Virus record (IMG/VR): IMGVR_UViG_3300029288_007054
Location: 1-64,000 of that record
DNA: 64,000 bases
Strand: one strand, 5' to 3'
From: a virus
Lineage: Duplodnaviria; Caudoviricetes
Shown here piece after piece: positions 1-8,602 of this stretch. The stretch's first letter is position 1. Each line of letters starts with the position of its first letter. The position numbers and the translations under genes are program-made. The notes below the pieces were generated by a model, which worked only from the letters and a program-made list of their open reading frames with translations, was not told where the DNA came from and did not search any database.

Positions 1-97
1 AGTGCCCATTCCGCCTGATTTATTTGTTTCATAACCTGTTTTGTACGGAAACGAACCTGCTGCCTTTATCATACTATTCATTTTACTTCTCCTTTAT

Positions 98-307
98 TTA
101 GTTTATTCTATCTACTCTATACCCACAATTTCTACAATAACTCAAAACATATTTTCGATTTTTAAGCTTACCAGCGCTCAATATTTTGCTAATATTTGAA
201 GCTTCCATACAGTTAGAAGCAAGGTTTATAACTGCGGTAGGGATAGTCTCAATCTCATCATATGCATCTACAAATTCGTGTGGTTGGTTTTCTTTTAAGC
301 AGCTCAT
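98..307 (-). CDS. hypothetical protein with C-terminal CxxC
   Basis: ORF track; YCRNCG motif; SD-like AAGG upstream. Confidence 0.6.
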   Translation of the reverse strand: MSCLKENQPHEFVDAYDEIETIPTAVINLASNCMEASNISKILSAGKLKNRKYVLSYCRNCGYRVDRIN

Positions 308-323
308 TGCGCTATTCCTTTCG

Positions 324-527
324 TTAGCTTATTTTATCCCTTAACAAGGTCATTAAGTCTTTCCTAACCTGCCGAACATTCTTTTCATTGTAAACCTCAC
401 AAACTATTTTAGATGCCCTATTGACATCTTTTCTTATTCCTAGCGATAGAAGATCGGCAGCAAAAGTAATATTGTTTTTATAAGCCTGCTGCATAAACAA
501 ATCATGATTTATTTTATCTTTCAACAT
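324..527 (-). CDS. hypothetical protein
   Basis: ORF track, co-directional and tightly packed, GGAG upstream. Confidence 0.6.
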   Translation of the reverse strand: MLKDKINHDLFMQQAYKNNITFAADLLSLGIRKDVNRASKIVCEVYNEKNVRQVRKDLMTLLRDKIS

Positions 528-539
528 AGCATTGCTCCA

Positions 540-1229
540 TTACTTCGGCATCAATCTCTGAAGATTATGCTTTTCCCTAAGATCAATTCCATATTCTTTA
601 AGTTTCGCAACCAAGGCCATTATGTCACTAACAGTTGGTTCTGGCAAGTTATGAGATTTAGAATCTGCTCCAAGATTAAGGAAGGTGGGATTAATTTCAT
701 AAATCCATTTAGCCAAAATATCAACGTCAAATTGTAAAATTGGTTCTAGTGTTAAAAAGGTTTTAGTTCCCTTAGACAACTTTTTCATAGCCAAATAACG
801 TTCTTCGGGAATAGGCGCTTCAGAAATGCCATTTATAATTCTATTAGTTTCGATGGTACACCCAAGAATACTGTTAGGGGGCAAATCAACTTCTGTAAAT
901 CTAGCGGGATTCTTGGATTGAAAAACGTAGGTATTTTTAGGCCATTCGTTACAATGATTAATAACTCTACGAATCCATTCTACGGGGACATCTTTAGCAA
1001 ACAAATCGTTCTGATATTCTACAAAGATAGTTTTACCTTCGCCAAAATTAATCTTAAATTCACTCTCAATCAACTTAATTGGACCTGTGAATTTTTCAGC
1101 TCTTCCAAATCTAGCATTGTCAACATAGCAGTATTGGCAGTGGTGAGAACATTCGCCGCCCAGATGACAAATACCATGGGAAATCCAATCGTACATATTG
1201 GAACCAGTTTTAAATTTTTTTAATGACAT
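540..1229 (-). CDS. DUF5131/Gp37-Gp68-like radical SAM protein
   Basis: N-terminal ECSHHCQYCY (CxxxCxxC), FVEYQNDLF, FLTLEPIL resemble the phage Gp37/Gp68 family. Confidence 0.75.
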   Translation of the reverse strand: MSLKKFKTGSNMYDWISHGICHLGGECSHHCQYCYVDNARFGRAEKFTGPIKLIESEFKINFGEGKTIFVEYQNDLFAKDVPVEWIRRVINHCNEWPKNTYVFQSKNPARFTEVDLPPNSILGCTIETNRIINGISEAPIPEERYLAMKKLSKGTKTFLTLEPILQFDVDILAKWIYEINPTFLNLGADSKSHNLPEPTVSDIMALVAKLKEYGIDLREKHNLQRLMPK

Positions 1230-1321
1230 TGCTTTTCTCCTTTACTTTTAAACATGGTATTACTGTAGCATATTAGTTTAAAAAAGCAAGATTTATTTTA
1301 AACTATTTTTAAAACGTAATA

Positions 1322-1996
1322 TTAATCCAAATTTAAGTGCTTCCACCTTTTCCTATTTATTATTTTGCCTATTTGTTGGCGACATACTTTGAACTTTTTA
1401 GATAAGTCCGTTTGAGTCATTCCTTTTTTTGCTAAATTATAAATTTTTCTTATTTGTTTTTCATTAAGTTTTGCCCCATAATGGTTCTCTCCCATTGGGA
1501 ACGTCCCATCGCTAATTCTTTTTTGAACACCAATACTGATACTATTCTTATGGGATGCTCCTAGCGTTTGGCCAGTATTCCATGGCTTTCTACCCTTCAT
1601 TTTTATTTTTATATTTAATCTGGCACTTAAAGATCTTACTTTCCCTCTGTTAGCATTACCTATTTTTATTTTGGTGCTTTCTGCTATTAAATGCCGTTCC
1701 GCTGTTCGATAATTATAACCATATTTGCGATTTCTACTTTTATAATACTCTATCCACTTATCTTCTTTTTTTAGAAGGGAACTATCTGAACATCTTTCTA
1801 TAATCACAAATTTGAAATTATCTTTACCGTATTTATTATAAGATTTTTGTAAATGAGGATTATGATGCTTATTTATCCTTAAATCATTTTTATGCTCTTT
1901 CCATCGTTTATTAAAACCCTTGTTACGACAAGTGCTTCCAATATAGACCTTTCCGTTCTTTAGGTTAAATATCCCGTATATCCCCGATGTCCTCAT
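1322..1996 (-). CDS. GIY-YIG homing endonuclease with NUMOD3-like segments and C-terminal HTH
   Basis: GIYGIFNLKNGKVYIGS, RWKEH, YGYN, KPWNTG, GENHYGAKL; start reassigned to ATG at 1996 (TAATG overlap with upstream small ORF, GGAGG SD). Confidence 0.9.
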   Translation of the reverse strand: MRTSGIYGIFNLKNGKVYIGSTCRNKGFNKRWKEHKNDLRINKHHNPHLQKSYNKYGKDNFKFVIIERCSDSSLLKKEDKWIEYYKSRNRKYGYNYRTAERHLIAESTKIKIGNANRGKVRSLSARLNIKIKMKGRKPWNTGQTLGASHKNSISIGVQKRISDGTFPMGENHYGAKLNEKQIRKIYNLAKKGMTQTDLSKKFKVCRQQIGKIINRKRWKHLNLD

Positions 1997-2157
1997 TATA
2001 CTTTTACCTCCCAAATACCCCTTAGAAGGCATTCTATGTATTCGGGTAGGGTTTGGTCTAGCTCTTCCCTTATAATCAATTGTGCATCAATGTGGTTCAT
2101 TCTTAGGTCTTCTATGAGCTGTTTAGCCCGTTCCGTTAGTGTTAGTTGGATCTGCAT
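1996..2157 (-). CDS. 53-aa small protein, possible ribbon-helix-helix regulator (copy 1)
   Basis: MQIQLTLTERAKQLIEDLRMNHIDAQLIIREELDQTLPEYIECLLRGIWEVKV; GGAG SD; homologous to 36671-36835; RHH fold is inferred from the strand-helix-helix pattern. Confidence 0.8.
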   Translation of the reverse strand: MQIQLTLTERAKQLIEDLRMNHIDAQLIIREELDQTLPEYIECLLRGIWEVKV

Positions 2158-2330
2158 TGTGGTAACTTCTCCTTGACTGAATAAAAAAGCACAAGCCCAA
2201 GGACGGTTCTGAGAAGTTACCACACCAAACAGAGGGGCCATCCAAGGACTTGTGCCGATTGTTATACTTACTGACTATCTGGTTTTTATGTGGTAACTTC
2301 ATGTATATATTATACAGTAAAAGTTACCTA
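2158..2330 (-). promoter_or_regulatory. sigma-70 promoter plus structured ~145-nt leader (copy 1)
   Basis: TGTATAAT extended -10 (TATAAT at 2309-2314); GAAGTTACCACA at 2289-2300 and over the RBS at 2158-2171; its complement at 2211-2224; stem arms 2246-2255/2189-2198 followed by U6 (2183-2188). Confidence 0.7.
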
Positions 2331-2351
2331 AAAACCTCTAATTATTTCATA

Positions 2352-2498
2352 CTATTTAGGTTCTTTTTCGTCATCAGAATTGTCATCTTTTTCTTTGTTT
2401 TCTTCCTCTTCTACTTGTTCATCATGTGGTTTCTCTTTTGGGCCCCTATGAAACTCATCACTATCGTATTTATGCCACTTCCTATCTATATCATTCAT
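2352..2498 (-). CDS. 48-aa acidic hypothetical protein (absent from ORF track)
   Basis: Manual translation MNDIDRKWHKYDSDEFHRGPKEKPHDEQVEEEENKEKDDNSDDEKEPK; AAGGA SD upstream. Confidence 0.55.
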   Translation of the reverse strand: MNDIDRKWHKYDSDEFHRGPKEKPHDEQVEEEENKEKDDNSDDEKEPK

Positions 2499-2577
2499 AA
2501 TATTATTCCTTATTTAAGAGGGTTTAATCGCCTCATGTTATATGTCATACAATAAAAGATATATACCTTTTAAATCT

Positions 2578-3240
2578 TCATTTATTTTTAAACAATATTA
2601 TCGTCGTCATTCTCGTATGATTCTTGCCCGTTCCCTTATACCAGTAATACTTATTATGGATCTTCCAATTACCCTTATCAAAAGCAAACTGAAACGAAGG
2701 CTCTTCCTGTAGCCCTCTCATAATGTCATTTATATCCGCTCTAAAATGTCTATGTTCGGTTACAAAATTACCAACCAACATTACTTCTTTACTAGCCGTG
2801 GTTAAAAACTGCATGACCTTAGACAGATATTGAGTTCCATACTTAGGCATCAACAACATATCAGAATTTACTATGGCAGGATTAAAAACATTATGGTTAG
2901 AATATTCTACCATTGTTTCATAGAAGTCACCCAAATGCCAGTGAATTTGCTTATTAGCCTGTTTGTTCCATTTATATATTTCTTCACTTATTTCTATACC
3001 GTGAAACTGACTGGGCTTTACTAAATTTGACTTAATGATTTGATCAGGTTCGCAGTTGTCTTCTAATTGATTTTTAGCATAAGAGCATCTACCGCATATG
3101 GTCCAATACTGTTTATTTTTAGGGATAGATTGAATATCATAATGTTCCCTATATGTTTTGATTATGGTTTGATGTCTTGACTCTATTTTTTTAGGACAAG
3201 CACCATAATGCATATTAAGCTGTGAAGGGGTTGAGTTCAT
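2578..3240 (-). CDS. degenerate class I SAM-dependent methyltransferase-like protein
   Basis: FHGIEISEEIY and WHLGDFY resemble Rossmann MTase motifs II/III; start reassigned to 3240, just after the helicase stop. Confidence 0.5.
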   Translation of the reverse strand: MNSTPSQLNMHYGACPKKIESRHQTIIKTYREHYDIQSIPKNKQYWTICGRCSYAKNQLEDNCEPDQIIKSNLVKPSQFHGIEISEEIYKWNKQANKQIHWHLGDFYETMVEYSNHNVFNPAIVNSDMLLMPKYGTQYLSKVMQFLTTASKEVMLVGNFVTEHRHFRADINDIMRGLQEEPSFQFAFDKGNWKIHNKYYWYKGTGKNHTRMTTIILFKNK

Positions 3241-3244
3241 AGAT

Positions 3245-5923
3245 TTATTTTCTAGGTCGATATCCTCCAACTTTATTCCCTGTTCCAAGAAAATCTCCCC
3301 AACCCTTCCATTCCCTTTTATAAGTTTTATATGGGTTAACTGGTATATCTTTGGGTCTTCTTTTTGACCTACAATAGACGTATCTAAACTCATCTGTTGT
3401 TAGATGTAATGGCTTTAAAAACTTTTTACACTCATTGAATGTCCTAAATTTTCTATCCTTATTAGATATATTATCGTTTCCAAGAAAATCTCCTAAAGAA
3501 GTCCATTCGTCAGCATATATTTTGTCTGGATTTGAAGGAATATCTTGGGGTTTTTTGCCAGACTTGCAATATAAATTCCAGTCTCTTAAACCTCCAATAT
3601 TAAGTTTCCTTATTATTTTTCTTGCATCCTTAAATTTCTTCCATTTTTTATGTTTTTCTTGATTAGATACTCTTCCTGTTCCAAGAAAATCTCCCCAACC
3701 TTTCCATTCACCCTTAATTGTATAGGTAGACTGAGGGGCTTTTGGGATATTTAGCGGTATTTCTCCTCTTTCATAAAATTTATCAAAGCCATTTTCTCCT
3801 TCTTTGGTTTTAATTCCTAAATCTTTTATTGCATCTTTAGCATCATTATAGCTAGCATATTGCGAATGTTTAATATTATCAGATATTCTAAAGGTTCCAA
3901 ACCAGTCTCCCCAATCTTTCCACTCTGTTTCATAATACTGATTAGGGGCTGCTGGTATATTGTCTGGCTTCTCTCCAGAATTACAATATTCTTTCCAAAA
4001 TGTAATGCTTGCTTTTTTACTATTCTTTTTTAAAAGTTTACTAGCCCAAGATCTTACTTGAGATCTAGCTCCCTCAAAAGGCAAAAAGTTGTACTTATTT
4101 ACCGTCTCCCTAAACTTCCTAAACGTATCTAATCCACACATCCCCGAAGTATAATTGAGCCAAAACTGCAACGGGTTAATCTGAATAATGTCAAAATCAA
4201 TATGGTCTAAATCTATTCCCTTAACCGACTTCAAACTTTCCCTAACCCATCTCTTCCTAATTTGCTCCGCTATTTCTTTATGATGTTTTTTAACCTTGCA
4301 TTCGGTTAAAATTTTAGATGTTATCTCTGCAAATTTGGCTCTTGATTTCTTGTTATTAACGCCAAAATTTACTTCGTTATTGTCTTGGGCTATAATACAT
4401 TCATCTCTAATTTCTTCCCATATCTTTAGTATCTTATTCTCGTCCTGAACTTGCACCCTCAAATAATCTATAGCAGGAAGACCAGAGCCACCACTGCCCT
4501 TAACCTTTTTAACCTTCTTCAATGGAATAGTAATAGATACGGGTGATATAGCATCTTCCAAAAGCATAGTAGCAAACAATACTTTTGAATATTCGTTTAG
4601 ATTATCCTTGAACTTGTCCCTGTCAATCTGATCAAAAGAAAAAGGAAGTAGCTGTAGGGCTTCAACATATTTTTTATCTGGTGCGTCTCTAAGTAATCTT
4701 CCAATTATCTGACTCATATCTGTTAATGAGCCTTTAGTTCCAATAATAACTTCTCTGTCTGCCCATTTCCAATTAGCCCCTTCCCTAAACATATTAAGGG
4801 TTACTACTACGTCTATCAAACTACTGTCTTTGAACTTATGAGCCCCTATAATAAGATTTTTTCTTCTTTCCCTTAATTCCTTACTAGAATCGTCAACCAA
4901 ATTAATAACCTTAATCCAATCATTGCCTCTCTTAATTAGAGTTATTCCATTCGGTTCTTCTTTAACTACGAAATTCTTTTTACCCGCAATACACTTATAA
5001 ATCTCGTTAGTGTCGCTGTGTTTTGACCCATGAGAATATGTCTTATTTCCAACGCTAGGCAAATAAATTATGGTTTTACCGATCCTATCATTAAAAAGAT
5101 GGGTCAGCCTTTTCACCCAAGACTTATTATACATACAGAAATCGTATTTAAAGCCCTTGAGCCAATAACAATCCTTAAGGTATTCGTCCATGGGATAATG
5201 AAACTTGGTAAACCTACTTTCTTGAGACTTGGGTATAATCTCTAACCGATCACCCCTGAACAATGTTGCGGTTGAAAGTATCAGTTCAATATTCTTCTCT
5301 TCTGACTTTAAAGCCGTAGCAACCAACTGACCCATTTCATTACAAAAATCCATAGAAGTTTTCGTATCATTCTCTTCAACTTCTAATCCTTGAGTATACC
5401 TAATATGATGTGCTTCGTCTATGCATATTACAATATCTTTGAAAAGTTTGGGATACTGCTGAAAAGAATCCACTAAAGAAGCGTGAGAGCAAACAAGTAT
5501 TCTATCATTGATGTTATTTTTCTGCCCTTCTCTATTTAAAAAAGAATAAATTTGAGAAATGTTGCTCTCCTTGTTATCGTCACATAAATAATGAGCAGGC
5601 GACCAAGCAACATCGGATTTATCAGGAAACTCAAGATTGTAGTAACCTTTAAAACCATCTGCAATAATAGTCTGAGGAACGGCTATAATGGACTTCTTAT
5701 GAGGATTCTTTATAAGATCTTGGGCAATTAACCAACAGATAGCCAATGTCTTACCTGAAGCAGTAGGAGCGTTAATGATTATATTATGTTTATTTTTAAG
5801 AGCGTCCCAAGCCATCCTCTGCATTTTTTTCATTTTATAGGTGTCGTTATCAAATACTTGGGGCATTTCTCCGATAGGCTCCCAAGACGCTGTAATTTTA
5901 TTAATGGTAATTGGCTTCTTCAT
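3245..5923 (-). CDS. SF2 helicase/ATPase (type III restriction Res-like) with four C-terminal 'phage integrase repeat'-like units
   Basis: APTASGKT Walker A, IDEAHH, QIIGRLLR; four repeats of IPxxPxxxY...EWxxWGDFLG; TTGACA-17-TATAGT promoter at ~5955-5984. Confidence 0.85.
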   Translation of the reverse strand: MKKPITINKITASWEPIGEMPQVFDNDTYKMKKMQRMAWDALKNKHNIIINAPTASGKTLAICWLIAQDLIKNPHKKSIIAVPQTIIADGFKGYYNLEFPDKSDVAWSPAHYLCDDNKESNISQIYSFLNREGQKNNINDRILVCSHASLVDSFQQYPKLFKDIVICIDEAHHIRYTQGLEVEENDTKTSMDFCNEMGQLVATALKSEEKNIELILSTATLFRGDRLEIIPKSQESRFTKFHYPMDEYLKDCYWLKGFKYDFCMYNKSWVKRLTHLFNDRIGKTIIYLPSVGNKTYSHGSKHSDTNEIYKCIAGKKNFVVKEEPNGITLIKRGNDWIKVINLVDDSSKELRERRKNLIIGAHKFKDSSLIDVVVTLNMFREGANWKWADREVIIGTKGSLTDMSQIIGRLLRDAPDKKYVEALQLLPFSFDQIDRDKFKDNLNEYSKVLFATMLLEDAISPVSITIPLKKVKKVKGSGGSGLPAIDYLRVQVQDENKILKIWEEIRDECIIAQDNNEVNFGVNNKKSRAKFAEITSKILTECKVKKHHKEIAEQIRKRWVRESLKSVKGIDLDHIDFDIIQINPLQFWLNYTSGMCGLDTFRKFRETVNKYNFLPFEGARSQVRSWASKLLKKNSKKASITFWKEYCNSGEKPDNIPAAPNQYYETEWKDWGDWFGTFRISDNIKHSQYASYNDAKDAIKDLGIKTKEGENGFDKFYERGEIPLNIPKAPQSTYTIKGEWKGWGDFLGTGRVSNQEKHKKWKKFKDARKIIRKLNIGGLRDWNLYCKSGKKPQDIPSNPDKIYADEWTSLGDFLGNDNISNKDRKFRTFNECKKFLKPLHLTTDEFRYVYCRSKRRPKDIPVNPYKTYKREWKGWGDFLGTGNKVGGYRPRK

Positions 5924-6001
5924 AGAGATTCTTTTCTTTATTATCGAAAGGTTTACTATATCACATGGCGAGACTAATGTCAAATAAATAATAAAACTAA
6001 A

Positions 6002-6307
6002 CTACCACGAAATAGCCATATTTTTCACATAAGCATCTCTAAGCCACTTGTAGTAATTACATCGATAATGAGGTATCTTTGCAGCTTTTTCGTCTCTTAT
6101 TACTCTCTTACGCATAAACGAAACCAAATCCTTAAATAGGGTAAATTTAGGGCTTATTGCTCCCTTTAAAATAAAAGTATCGGGGCTTTCATCATACAGA
6201 AGCACTTGATACTTTTTATCATCCTTAACAATTTTGGCTCTCCACTTATAAATATAATGCGGTGTTATATGTTTCATGTTTCCCATATTTTTCTCCTTAC
6301 ATATCAC
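6002..6307 (-). CDS. hypothetical protein
   Basis: ORF track, packed with neighbours. Confidence 0.55.
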   Translation of the reverse strand: MICKEKNMGNMKHITPHYIYKWRAKIVKDDKKYQVLLYDESPDTFILKGAISPKFTLFKDLVSFMRKRVIRDEKAAKIPHYRCNYYKWLRDAYVKNMAISW

Positions 6308-6572
6308 TTTCGTCTATTTCGTCCATCTCTAACGCCGCCCACTCCATAATGGCTTTTAGACATTCTTTTCTTTTCCTTCGATTTGATTTATCGGGAAGCA
6401 TATCAGTAAGAAAAAATTCTATCGGATCATCCCCTTTATTGCCTGATATTTCTATTGCATGACCAACCAGTTTGAAATTTTTACTCTTTAAGATATTCTC
6501 TTCTATTTGTGCTCTCCAGTCTGCAAGAATATCTTTAATGTCGCTTAGTACTACTTTATCTATGTCGCTCAT
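6297..6572 (-). CDS. hypothetical protein
   Basis: ORF track; overlapping start/stop. Confidence 0.6.
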   Translation of the reverse strand: MSDIDKVVLSDIKDILADWRAQIEENILKSKNFKLVGHAIEISGNKGDDPIEFFLTDMLPDKSNRRKRKECLKAIMEWAALEMDEIDESDM

Positions 6573-6790
6573 TTTGAACTCCTGTTAGATGCTTGTCTTG
6601 TTAGCATGTCAATAATTTTCCGATCTACTTCTCTAACATATTTCTTTTGTTCTGCTTTAATAGCCTTAACTAGCTTCTTTCTTGTTTTTAATTGTTTTGG
6701 TTCGTTAAACCACTCACTAAACGTTTTATCTTGTAGTTTAGATTTATCGGAGAAATTAGGAACTAATATCATTTTATTTTTGTTGCTCAT
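6569..6790 (-). CDS. hypothetical protein
   Basis: ORF track; ATGA overlap. Confidence 0.6.
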   Translation of the reverse strand: MSNKNKMILVPNFSDKSKLQDKTFSEWFNEPKQLKTRKKLVKAIKAEQKKYVREVDRKIIDMLTRQASNRSSK

Positions 6791-6992
6791 TTTTACCTAT
6801 ATATTCGTTCATGATCCTTTGGTATATTATATTAAATACTCTATCTTTGCTGTTTTTAGGCTCTTTATCCGATTGATCCATTTGTCCTTTTCTAATAAAA
6901 CCTATTATCACTCCAAAAGAAAAGATCAAATATAGAACCATAAAAGCCACAAACGGGTGAACTATTATCATATTCATTTTTTTGTCTCCCAA
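6774..6992 (-). CDS. small membrane protein
   Basis: One hydrophobic N-terminal segment. Confidence 0.55.
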   Translation of the reverse strand: MGDKKMNMIIVHPFVAFMVLYLIFSFGVIIGFIRKGQMDQSDKEPKNSKDRVFNIIYQRIMNEYIGKNEQQK

Positions 6993-7309
6993 TCTTTCAT
7001 AACTATCTTTTCAGTATATTCAAAAACTTTCTTCTCATTATTAAATCTATATACAGCAGCCTTATACGGCTTCCCAGTTTTAATAACTGCATCTAAGGAT
7101 AAATAAATTACTTCCCTTTTAGGCTTTCCGTTTTCAGATAACGCTATAAGATATTCAGAACCATCGTGTGGGCCATTAACAAATTTGAAAGCGCCTGCCT
7201 TCCCTTCAGCTATTAAAGAATCCATTGTATCAACGGCTTCTTTTCTTTCGGCAGCAGACAGAGATTTATGAAATTTCTCAATATCGGCATCGTTCTTGTC
7301 AAAATTCAT
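6974..7309 (-). CDS. hypothetical protein, paralog A of 37781-38116
   Basis: MNFDKNDADIEKFHKSLSAA...FVNGPHDGSEY shared with the second copy. Confidence 0.8.
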   Translation of the reverse strand: MNFDKNDADIEKFHKSLSAAERKEAVDTMDSLIAEGKAGAFKFVNGPHDGSEYLIALSENGKPKREVIYLSLDAVIKTGKPYKAAVYRFNNEKKVFEYTEKIVMKDWETKK

Positions 7310-7470
7310 TTTTCTTCCTCATCTTCAATATCACAGTAAAAATATTCTCCGCACAATCTACAACAATACTCTGTTCTTACGGCAACACAATTTCCATAAA
7401 AGAAATCCTTGTAATACCCGGTTGGAGATAACTTATGAGCACAATCATCTTTAATACTTCCACTCATTTT

Positions 7471-7767
7471 TTATCTTCCCTGTTCATGTCTTTGGTTCCA
7501 TCTTTCGGAAGCATATTTTAAAGCTTCTTTTAGCTTAATACCCCGGCCAAACCAGCCAAATTGGAATCCCATACCGCAATTTTCACAACTAGAATCTATC
7601 GTTCTTCCTCTTGATTTATAATAGAAAGAATTATGGAAAAGATCTTCCCCTGTTATCTGGTAATAAAATGCCAGCTCCTTACTTCCACAAAAAGGACATG
7701 GTTTGAGTTTAAAAGGGGGTTTAACCCTATATATTTTCTCTAGGCATTTTCTTTTAGGTCTTTTCAT
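7471..7767 (-). CDS. Lar-like (restriction alleviation) zinc-ribbon protein
   Basis: LKPCPFCGS...CENCG...ERWNQR pattern. Confidence 0.65.
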   Translation of the reverse strand: MKRPKRKCLEKIYRVKPPFKLKPCPFCGSKELAFYYQITGEDLFHNSFYYKSRGRTIDSSCENCGMGFQFGWFGRGIKLKEALKYASERWNQRHEQGR

Positions 7768-8476
7768 ACAGTCTGTTCTCCCAAATATATTTTAGAACAT
7801 CTACATCCATTGCTTTTATCAAATACGTTGAATCTTCCGTTCTTTCTTCAATATCTGCTGTTACCTTAGCTTTGGTCTCCGAAAGACTTAGATGATTCGG
7901 GTCATATTTCTGTAGAGGCTCCGTATAATATTTTTTCAGTATTTCCCTTACCCTAGTAGACGATACATTTCTAACGGGATAACCTAAAAGAGGAGGGCGA
8001 TAAAGATGCGGTTTTTCCAGATACCAAGTAATCTTAGAATCTTCTTTTACTCCATCTCTAGGTATTACTATAAACCTAACCATGTCTTTAAGTTTCTCCC
8101 AATTTTTCCAAGTATGAAAATTGTTAGCCTGATCCATCCCTATTATATAACTAAAATCTACTTTTTCTGATGGGCCGCAAACAATTCCAGAATCATAATC
8201 TTCTTTGATTCTGGATATCAAAGAGTATGCTGAGCCATCTAGTCCTTTTATCATTTCCCAATTAGATACCTTAATAAAATCTTCATATAGTTTACTAGCT
8301 ATTTCGCACATTTTACAGCGATCAATAAAGGCCTCTAGTCCAGTTTTTTGCAAATGGTTATAACAGGGCATTAACCATATCTGATCAACTACATTACGAT
8401 CAAAAACGTATTTAGCAATTTCGATATGAGCACGAGTAATGGGATTGAAGCTCCCACCTAGAATTGCCACCTTCAT
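7754..8476 (-). CDS. nadD: nicotinate-nucleotide adenylyltransferase
   Basis: ILGGSFNPITRAH (HxGH-like), YIIGMDQ, VSSTRVR. Confidence 0.9.
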   Translation of the reverse strand: MKVAILGGSFNPITRAHIEIAKYVFDRNVVDQIWLMPCYNHLQKTGLEAFIDRCKMCEIASKLYEDFIKVSNWEMIKGLDGSAYSLISRIKEDYDSGIVCGPSEKVDFSYIIGMDQANNFHTWKNWEKLKDMVRFIVIPRDGVKEDSKITWYLEKPHLYRPPLLGYPVRNVSSTRVREILKKYYTEPLQKYDPNHLSLSETKAKVTADIEERTEDSTYLIKAMDVDVLKYIWENRLYEKT

Positions 8477-8602
8477 TTTTTGTTTTTCCTTTTCGCTACA
8501 AAGGCCTTTTTTAGTTCAGGATACTCTGAAACGATTTCTTCTTCAAACGGGCAATTAGCACAACAAATTACTCTGTCTGATTTCAGATTCCTTTTGCAGA
8601 GC

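Noticed and set aside
1996-2241. 81-aa N-terminally extended version of the RHH-like ORF, and the 236-aa version of the GIY-YIG ORF
   Set aside because: SD positions, the homolog at 36671-36835 and the TAATG overlap point to starts at 2157 and 1996.
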